A DNA stretch of 64,000 nt from Octopus sinensis (Eukaryota). The stretch lies in the NCBI RefSeq assembly GCF_006345805.1, contig NW_021835975.1, positions 1,655 through 65,654 of the forward strand, written 5' to 3'. The position numbers and the translations under genes were made by a program. Shown here piece by piece: positions 55,650 to 64,000 of this stretch; position 1 is the first letter of the stretch; every line of letters begins with the position of its first letter. The notes beneath the pieces are model-generated. The model was not told the DNA's origin. It saw nothing but the letters and a program-made list of their open reading frames with translations, and did no database searches.

Positions 55650-56530
55650 TATAGTTTGTAAGATATTTGGGTTTTTTTTTCAATTTCTGCAATTTCAACC
55701 AATCAATGACGTCTATTGAGGTAAAAGCATTCTGTGCCATATGAATATGTCCCTCGTTTAAGAAACAGATTGGGTTTATTTATATTTGTGAAGAAAAAAA
55801 GATACCCTTCCCCCTAACCTAAATCAGATTGAAATGCAATAGATCGATACTAGGGTCATAATTATGGGTGACAATTTCATATGACACCGCTAGAAAAAAC
55901 TGCCATTCAAACCAAAAAGATCCCCTAACCCTAACCCAGATTGAAATGCAATAGATCGATTCTAAGGTCATAATTATGGATGACATAATTAGCGGTGTCA
56001 TATGTAATTGTCACCCATAATTATGACCCTAGAATCGATCTATTGCATTTCAATCTGTTTTAGGGTTAGGGTTAGGGGATCTTTTTGGTTTGAATGGCAG
56101 TTTTTTCTAGCGGTGTCATATGAAATTGTCACCCATAATTATGACCCTAGTATCGATCTATTGCATTTCAATCTGTTTTAGGGTTACAGTTAGGGTTAGG
56201 GTTAGGGGTAGGGGGAAGAGTATCTTTTTTTTCTTCACAAATGTAAATAAACCGAATCTGTTTCTTAAACGAGGCACATATTCATACGGCACAGAATGTT
56301 TTTTTACCTCAATAGACGTCATTGATTGGTTGAAATTGCTGAAATTGAAGAAGAAAAAAACAACAAATATCTTACAAACCATAGAATTTTCTCAATAAAG
56401 CCAAGAGAAAAAAAATGTTTTATAAACACATTCTGCCAGTATACGAAGTTTAAAAGTGTCTAGTTACGTAGAAATTATGTTAAAACTGCCGTTCAAACCG
56501 AAAAGATCCCTAACTAACCCTAACCCTACA
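55650..56530. mobile_element. Cluster of nested and inverted GGATC-TIR MITE copies with TTAGGG/CCCTAA repeats at the junctions
   Basis: Partial copy ending 55923, fragments 55925-56076, full copy 56077-56509, then ctaaccctaaccct. Confidence 0.8.
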
Positions 56531-56589
56531 TGTGGACGTAGGCGCGATCGATGCCCGCCTTTGCCCGCCTTTGCCCGCCTTCGCCCGCA

Positions 56590-56948
56590 GAGGAGGAGGA
56601 GGAGGAGGAGAAGACGGTGAAGGAGAAGAAGGAGAAGAGGGGGAAGAAGAAGGAGGAGGAGAACCAGAACGAGAGGGTATGAAGGAGGAGGAGGAGGAGG
56701 AGGAGGGGAAGAAGAAGGTGAAGGAGAAGAAGGAGGAGGAGGAGGAGAAGAAGAAGGAGGAGGAAGAGGAGAAGGAGAAGAAGAAGAAAAGAAGAAGGAG
56801 GAGGAGAAGAAGAACGAGCAGGAGGGGGAGGAGGAGAAGAAGAAGAAGAAGGAGAAGGAGGAGAAGAAGAAGAAGGAGGAGGGGGAGGAGAAGAAGAAGA
56901 AGGAGAAGAAGAAGAAGAAGAAGAAGAAGAAGGGGAGGAAGAAGAAGA
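56590..56948. repeat. (GAG/GAA)n polypurine low-complexity tract
   Basis: Direct reading. Confidence 0.95.
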
Positions 56949-57958
56949 CAAAACCCTCATTATTAGTGCCCCCTCTTTCATGAACTAGCTCCCTTATCTT
57001 CCCCGTCATTCCATCTTACCACTCCCCACAACCCTATTGACCCCCCACTACTTGCTCTCCACATTTAATCATTCTACTTTTGAACCTCATTGTACTGTGG
57101 TCCGAAATGTAAGATATTTCCTACCCTGATAATGGAGGATCGTCTCATCCACTGTTGATTGCGTCCTTTACAGTCTGCATATTGTGACATCTACTAGCAT
57201 CATGATGGACCTCGAAGCCCCTAAAGACAGCTGCTGGACTTACAACACCTTATTTCCTCTCCTTTAATTTTCTCTGCCTTTGTATTCTGTGTAAACTGGA
57301 TCTCTATATTAATATATATTTCTTTACTACCCACAAAGGGCTAAACATAGTGGGGACAAACAAAGGGATTAAGTCGATTATATCGACCCAGTACGAAACT
57401 GCTACTTTATTATCGACCCCAAGAGGATGAAAGGCAAAGTCGACCTCGGCAGAATTTGAACTCAGAACGCAATGACAGACAAAATACCGCAAAGCATTTC
57501 GCCCAGCGTGCTAACGTTTCTTATTTCTTTACTACCCACAAAGGGTTAAACATTGAGGGGACAAACAAGGACAGACAAACAGATTAAGTCACTTATATCG
57601 ACCCATTACGAAATTGGTACTTCATTATCGATCCCGAGAGGATGAAAGGTAAAGTCGACTTCGGCGGAATTTGAACTCAGAACGTAGCGACAGACGGAAT
57701 CTCTGGATTAATATATCTGAACTTTAATATTCAGCACCTGAAAGCCTTTACTCTTTATTTTCTCTCATGTATACATGTATACATATATATACATATATAC
57801 ACGTATACATATTTTGTATTATTCTATCCAACCTGTTTCACATAGTTGTTGCGCTCTCTCTTTCTTTCTGCCTCCCACTCCGTCTCTCTCTCACAATCAA
57901 CAAATGCTACCTACTACATAAACAGGTAATTCACAATATTTACAACACTCAAAAGGCA

Positions 57959-58876
57959 ATGAGAACCTGCAGGCGAAAATATTTTGTATTTCTCTTTTTC
58001 GTAACAATAATCGCATTCATTTATTACTTCTATTTTTGTAAATTCAAACAAAATGTTGTCATAGGGATACAGCAACCTGTTTCCTACACAAGCTATTCGT
58101 CTCTACTAGTTCCGGGTAAACAATCAGGTAATGATCGAATGAAAGCTCAACTAAGATATACCTTATCGGCAAAGAAAAGACGGGGAAATGATGAACGGAA
58201 TGTGTCCCCAAATCAGTCAGATGCTGATGAAAATGTCAAGTCAAAACCGATTCGACGAAAGTTTAAAACATTATTAATACACAATTTAAAGTATCTGCGA
58301 CCATTGAAAGAAAATCAAGGGACTTTCTTGGCACAGAACTGCCCAGTCAATGAATGCCTGGTTACATATGACAAAACAAAGCGTGACAGCGTGGATGCTA
58401 TTTTCTTTTATGAGACAGTAGGAATATCCGAGAAACCAAAGAACTCAAATCAGATATGGATATACATGACAGGAGTCTCCTAATTTCAACCCGTCAGTTA
58501 GACACTTGGGGAACAGAATCAATTGGACGATCACATATCGTCAGGACAGTACGATTGCATATCCCTTCCAGAAATATGAATATTTTATCGATTCAGTAAG
58601 GCAGAGAAAACAATACTTAAATTATGCCAAGGGAAAAACAAAGAAGGTTGCTTGGTTCACTTCCAATTGCTGTCCTAGCAATGATCGAAGGGGCTATGCT
58701 GAGGAACTTGGAAAATATATCCAGGTGGATATTTATGGTGTTTGTGGTGCAAAAACCTGTACAAAAAATTCGATATGTTTCGAAATGTTAGAAAAAGAAT
58801 ATAAATTTTACTTGGCATTTGAAAATTCCAACTGTAGAGATTATATTACTGAGAAACTCTTGCGCAACGCTTTGCA
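57959..58876 (+). CDS. Alpha-1,3-fucosyltransferase (GT10, FucTA-like), first coding exon; frameshift at ~58470; C-terminal exon(s) not found in the window
   Basis: Type II anchor RRKYFVFLFFVTIIAFIYYFYF, stem, CPVNEC, DAIFF, QIWIYMT-(shift)-ESP, INWTITYRQDS, KKVAWFTSNC, VDIYGVCG, GT10 motif YKFYLAFENSNCRDYITEK; donor ca|gtaagt at 58877. Confidence 0.85.
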
Positions 58877-58944
58877 GTAAGTACTTGGATTTTAAATCTG
58901 TATAAGTTTCTTTGTATTTGAATTAATGAGATTAAGTTGTGTTG

Positions 58945-59610
58945 TGACCCCCTTCGGTCATGAATGACCGTGGGGTTGCTCCTAGAAAGTTACCCTCCGA
59001 GGCACAAGTCCAAGCAAGGTTGTTTATGGAAGACCAGCTGTCACCCATGCATACCGGCCTCCCCTCTCCACACCCTTATATGTACATAGGGTAAAGGGTA
59101 AAGACCCCCTTCAGTCATAGCTGACCATGGGATTGTACCTAGAGAGTTACCCTCTGAGGCACAAGTCTGGGCAAGGTTGTTTATGGAAGACCAGCAGTCG
59201 CCCATGCATACCAGGCTCCCCTCTCCACGCCAACGATGTTACCCAAGGGAAAGGCAAAGGGGCCGATACAGCTTGGCACCAGTGACGTCGCAGCTCATTT
59301 ATTAACGTTCAAGTGGCTGAGCACTCTACAGACATGTGTACCCTTAATGTAGTTCTCGGGGAGATTCAGCGTGACACAGAGTGTGACAAGGCTAGCCCTT
59401 TGAAATACAGGCACAACAGAAACAGGAAGAAAGAGTGAGAGAAAGTTGTGGTGAGAGTACAGCAGGGTTCACCACTACACCCCGTCGGAGCCTCATGGAG
59501 CTTTAAATGTTTTTGCTCAATAAACACTCACAATGCCTGGTTTGGGAATCAAAACCACAATCCTACGACCGCGAGTCTGCTTCCCTAACCACTGGGCCAT
59601 TGCGCCGCCA
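58945..59610 (-). mobile_element. SINE remnants: duplicated tail piece at 58945-59075 and 59100-59300, plus a tRNA-headed SINE at 59310-59610
   Basis: Direct duplication of gacccccttc.gtcat...cccctctccac; minus-strand head ggcgcaatggcccagtggttaggg...ggttttgattccc. Confidence 0.7.
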
Positions 59611-59839
59611 CTGAGATTAAGCAGGGCTTTTAAAAATGGCTTTCAGCTTTGCAAAATTCCCTGGAGTGATTTTTAATATTTATGAATCACCAGCAATGAT
59701 ATGTTTGTATTTTGCATGTTTTAACATGTATGTACAAAAATGAAGGTAGCATTTTTATTCTAGGATATATTTCAATTTGTATGGAACTGTCCTTAATTAA
59801 ATTTACAGAGAGAGAGAGAGAGGAGAAAGGGAGATAGAT

Positions 59840-61204
59840 CGTCAGGCATTTGCCATATTCTGAACGCCTTACTTCCTTGGGCATGGACACATTAAAACTC
59901 CGACGTCTGGCAGCTGACTTGGCAGACACCCATAAAATTATCAACCATCTTAGAAGCAATAGCTTTTCAAACTCCACCCGTCTAACACCCGTGGACATAT
60001 TTACAAAGTCAGAAAACAGCACAGCTCCTTCCATGACTTTAGGAAACAATTTTTCACGCTTAGAGTTGCTGAAGCATGGAACAAACTGCCGGCATCAGTT
60101 GTTAGTTGTCAGAGCACTGCATCCTTCAAAACTTCCCTGCTTCCTGAGAGATTCGCCAACACTACACCTGATTTTCTCCCCTCTATACACACGCTGAAGC
60201 ATGGAACAAACTGCCGGCATCAGTTGTTAGTTGTCGGAGCACTCCATCCTTCAAAACTTCCATGCTTTCTGAGATTCGCCAACACTACACCTGATTTTCT
60301 CTTCCCCTCCATACACACGCTGAAGCATGGAACAAACTGCCGGCATCAGTTGTTAGTTGTCGGAGCACTGCATCCTTCAAAACTTCCATGCTTCCTGAGA
60401 TTCGGCAACACTACACCTGATTTTCTTCCCTCCATACACACGCTGAAGCATGGAACAAACTGCCGGCATCAGTTGTTAGTTGTCGGAGCACTGCATCCTT
60501 CAAAACTTCCATGCTTCCTGAGAGATTCGCCAACACTACACCTGATTTTCTCCCCTCAATACACACGCTGAAGCATGGAACAAACAGCCGGCATCAGTTG
60601 TTACTTGTCGGAGCACTGCATCCTTCAAAACTTCCATGCTTCCTGAGATTCGCCAACACTACACCGGATTTTCTCCCCTCCATACACACGCTGAAGCATG
60701 GAACACACTGCCGGCATCAGTTGTTAGTTGTCGGAGCACTGCATCCTTCAAAACTTCCATGCTTCCTGAGAGATTCGCCAACACTACACCTGATTTTCTC
60801 CCCTCCATACACACGCTGAAGCATGGAACAAACTGCCGGCATCAGTTGTTAGTCGTCGGAGCACTGCATCCTTCAAAACTTCCATGCTTTCTGAGATTCG
60901 CCAACACTACACCTGATTTTCTCTTCCCCTCCATACACACGCTGAAGCATGGAACAAACTGCCGGCATCAGTTGTTAGTTGTCGGAGCACTGCATCCTTC
61001 AAAACTCCCATGCTTCCTGAGATTCGCCAACACTACACCTGATTTTCTCCCCTCCATACACACAAGCAAGCATGTATCTGACTCATACACTGTTCACTTC
61101 CCAGACATTTCTACATTACTGCATATACTTTATGCGCACTTTCTGACAAGTTGTGGTGCACCTGAGCACTGTATACAATAATTTCATCATTATTATTATT
61201 ATTA
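59840..61204 (+). mobile_element. CR1/L2-type LINE 3' end containing an 8-copy ~124-bp tandem repeat, with (ATT)n tail
   Basis: LPYSERLTSLGMDTLKLRRLAADL..; FRKQFFTLRVAEAWNKLP; unit gctgaagcatggaacaaactgccggc... at ~60068, 60193, 60319, 60442, 60567, 60690, 60815, 60941. Confidence 0.85.
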
Positions 61205-61686
61205 TGAGAGACAAAGAAAGAGAGAGGGAGAGAAATTTAACTGGTTAAACGTGAAAGAGGGAAGAAATGTAACTGTTTAAATGAGGCGTCCTGTGGATTG
61301 ACCTAGACAGGTCGAGATCAATGGCCTTGTATTTATTCTTTTAAATGTTTCGACGTACGATATAACCCCTTGCAAATCACTCTACTCAACATACCGGTAA
61401 TAAACCCTTAACAATAAGCAACTCCTTGGTTTTATTCTGCCCCGGATGGCTCTCCCCTGAACACCCCCCATCCTTTTGAGATTGGCTTTGTCTTTGTCCT
61501 TTTTTTTTGTAATTTATTCTTTAATTTGGATCTTTTCGGTTTGAACGGCAGCTTTTTTCTAGCGGTGTCAAATGAAATTGTCACCCATAATTATGACCGC
61601 TAAGTTACGGGGACATAAACACACCAGCATCGGTTGTCAAGCGATGTCGGGGGACAAACACAGACACACAAACATACACACACACA

Positions 61687-61689
<3 letters not shown>

Positions 61690-61730
<41 letters not shown>

Positions 61731-61733
61731 TAT

Positions 61734-61773
<40 letters not shown>

Positions 61774-61888
61774 TATATATATATTAAGTATATACATATA
61801 TATATAATATATATATATTATATATATATAAGTATATACATATATATATAATATATATATATATATTATATATATATATAATATATAT

Positions 61889-61945
<57 letters not shown>

Positions 61946-62000
61946 AGTATATACATATCTATATAATATATATTATATATATATATATATATACATAATA

Positions 62001-62058
<58 letters not shown>

Positions 62059-62166
62059 TGGCCTGCTCGCTTAGCCAGCGGGTTGGCGTCATTTGAAGGC
62101 TAAAACAATGCGAAGCGCATTGCGACCAGCAATGTGTAACAACATATGATAGCCTGGTCGGTCACG

Positions 62167-62217
<51 letters not shown>

Positions 62218-62220
62218 GTA
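61690..62220. repeat. (TA)n tracts
   Basis: Direct reading. Confidence 0.95.
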
Positions 62221-62911
62221 TTTTTATATAATTTTCATCTGTCTTGCCCGCATTTTCGTTCTGGTGTCCGCTGAATTTTCCTCTAGAGAACATTCTTTTC
62301 TTTGTAGTTTGATCGTTGGTGATCTACTTCTAGCATACGGTCGACCACATAGTGGTTCTCTCCTCCAAATATACACGTGTAGTAGAATTCTCTCTGATTT
62401 TTCAGATTTTTGTATGCTAGGCTACTGGTTTTAAATTGATGTTAATTAAATTAACATTCAATTTATCTCCCTCATTATTTAAATGATAATATAAATATGT
62501 TCCCTAATAGGGGGCATTAACTGCAGTAAATTCTTTTGGGGTCGGCAATCCTGTTTTTCTTTTCCACTTCATGCGCCTTTTGTTGTTTGTTGTGTAAAAA
62601 GTGTAACATTCGATTTTTTGATTTTTTTGTAAAATTTTATTATATTTTCACTAGCATTTTATGCCGTTCATCATTGTTTTAACATGACCCCAATCATGTT
62701 GTGCTGTCCCCATCTATGTTAGCCCCTTGTGGGCAATAAAGAAACAAACTGCAGTAAATTATTTGCTGCGGTTTTTGTTTCCGGAATTTTAGCGCGCCAG
62801 AACTAAGACATTTGAAATTAACACCAATGAAATCGGTGAAGCTAAGCACGTGTCTGTTTTTATACAGAATACTGATGGTTAACTTTACAAATTGCATTAC
62901 CTGTGGAACGA

Positions 62912-62986
62912 TCACACTGACGAGCCTACGGACAATGGATTACATAAGTGATTCATTCGTTAATAGGCGAAACCGCCGGTCTGCGA
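62912..62986 (+). ncRNA. Type I hammerhead ribozyme, copy 1; predicted cleavage after GUC at 62981
   Basis: tcaca-CTGACGA-gccta[..aatggattac ataa gtgattcatt..]taggc-GAAA-ccgccgg-TC-tgcga. Confidence 0.8.
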
Positions 62987-63676
62987 GTAATTCTGGGTTT
63001 TTTATATAATTTTCATCTGTCTTGCCTGCATTTTCGTTCTGGTGTCCGCTGAATTTTCCTCTAGAGAACATTCTTTTCTTTGTAGTTTGATCGTTGGTGA
63101 TCTACTTCTAGCATACGGTCGACCACATAGTGGTTCTCCCCTCCAAATATACACGTGTAGTAGAATTCTCAGATTTTTGTATGCTAGGCTACTGGTTTTA
63201 AATTGATGTTAATTAAATTAACATTCAATTTATCTCCCTCATTATTTAAATGATAATATAAATATGTTCCCTAATAGGGGGCATTAACTGCAGTAAATTC
63301 TTTTGGGGTCGGCAATCCTGTTTTTCTTTTCCACTTCATGCGCCTTTTGTTGTTTGTTGTGTAAAAAGTGTAACATTCGATTTTTTGATTTTTTTGTAAA
63401 ATTTATTATATTTTCACTAGCATTTTATGCCGTTCATCATTGTTTTAACATGACCCCAATCATGTTGTGCTGTCCCCATCTATGTTAGCCCCTGTGGGCA
63501 ATAAAGAAACAAACTGCAGTAAATTATTTGCTGCGGTTTTTGTTTCCGGAATTTTAGCGCGCCAGAACTAAGACATTTGAAATTAACACCAATGAAATCG
63601 GTGAAGCTAAGCACGTGTCTGTTTTTATACAGAATACTGATGGTTAACTTTACAAATTGCATTACCTGTGGAACGA

Positions 63677-63751
63677 TCACACTGACGAGCCTACGGACAA
63701 TGGATTACATAAGTGATTCATTCGTTAATAGGCGAAACCGCCGGTCTGCGA
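63677..63751 (+). ncRNA. Type I hammerhead ribozyme, copy 2; predicted cleavage after GUC at 63746
   Basis: Identical to copy 1, 765 bp downstream. Confidence 0.8.
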
Positions 63752-63959
63752 GTAATTCTGGGTTTTTTATATAATTTTCATCTGTCTTGCCTGCATTTTC
63801 GTTCTGGTGTCCGCTGAATTTTCCTCTAGAGAACATTCTTTTCTTTGTAGTTTGATCATGGGTGATCTACTTCTAGCATACGGTCGACCACATAGTGGCT
63901 TGCCCTCCAAATATACACATATATATATATGTATATACATATATATATACATATATATA

Positions 63960-63997
<38 letters not shown>

Positions 63998-64000
63998 ATA

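Larger units (their letters stand above)
62225..63915 (+). mobile_element. ~2.2 tandem copies of a ~765-bp non-coding, hammerhead-bearing repeat (retrozyme or Penelope-pLTR-like)
   Basis: Unit starts tatataattttcatctgtcttgcc at ~62225, 63003, 63768; flanked by (TA)n; one hammerhead per full unit. Confidence 0.8.

Noticed and set aside
56464-57009. Acidic/Arg-rich protamine-like ORF
   Set aside because: (GAG/GAA)n low-complexity tract with no gene structure
62694-63774. Short duplicated ORFs in the 765-bp repeat
   Set aside because: 60-73 aa, no recognisable domain, and they differ by an indel between copies

Overview
AT-rich, repeat-saturated eukaryotic DNA. The SINE/LINE/MITE mix and TTAGGG-type repeats suggest a mollusc, probably an octopod cephalopod; this is inferred from pattern recognition, not a database search. 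Nearly all ORFs in the supplied track are artefacts of microsatellites or satellite DNA. Layout: 1-6.6 kb, LINE fragments (RTE and CR1/L2-type), Helitron-like pieces and AT minisatellites. 6.6-25.6 kb, a ~19 kb array of a 92-bp dimeric satellite. 25.6-33.7 kb, four diverged tandem copies of a composite TE cassette, followed by an inverted relative of the satellite. 34-57 kb, SINEs, MITEs, LINE remnants and a two-exon retinol-dehydrogenase-like SDR gene on the minus strand, with a premature TAA and a GT>AT donor. 58-59 kb, an exon of a GT10 alpha-1,3-fucosyltransferase with a frameshift. The most notable hidden signal is a set of type I hammerhead ribozyme motifs in unrelated repeat families. 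One is a 765-bp tandem repeat (62.2-63.9 kb) with one intact hammerhead per monomer, which looks like a retrozyme or Penelope pseudo-LTR. Another lies in sense orientation inside the SDR intron.
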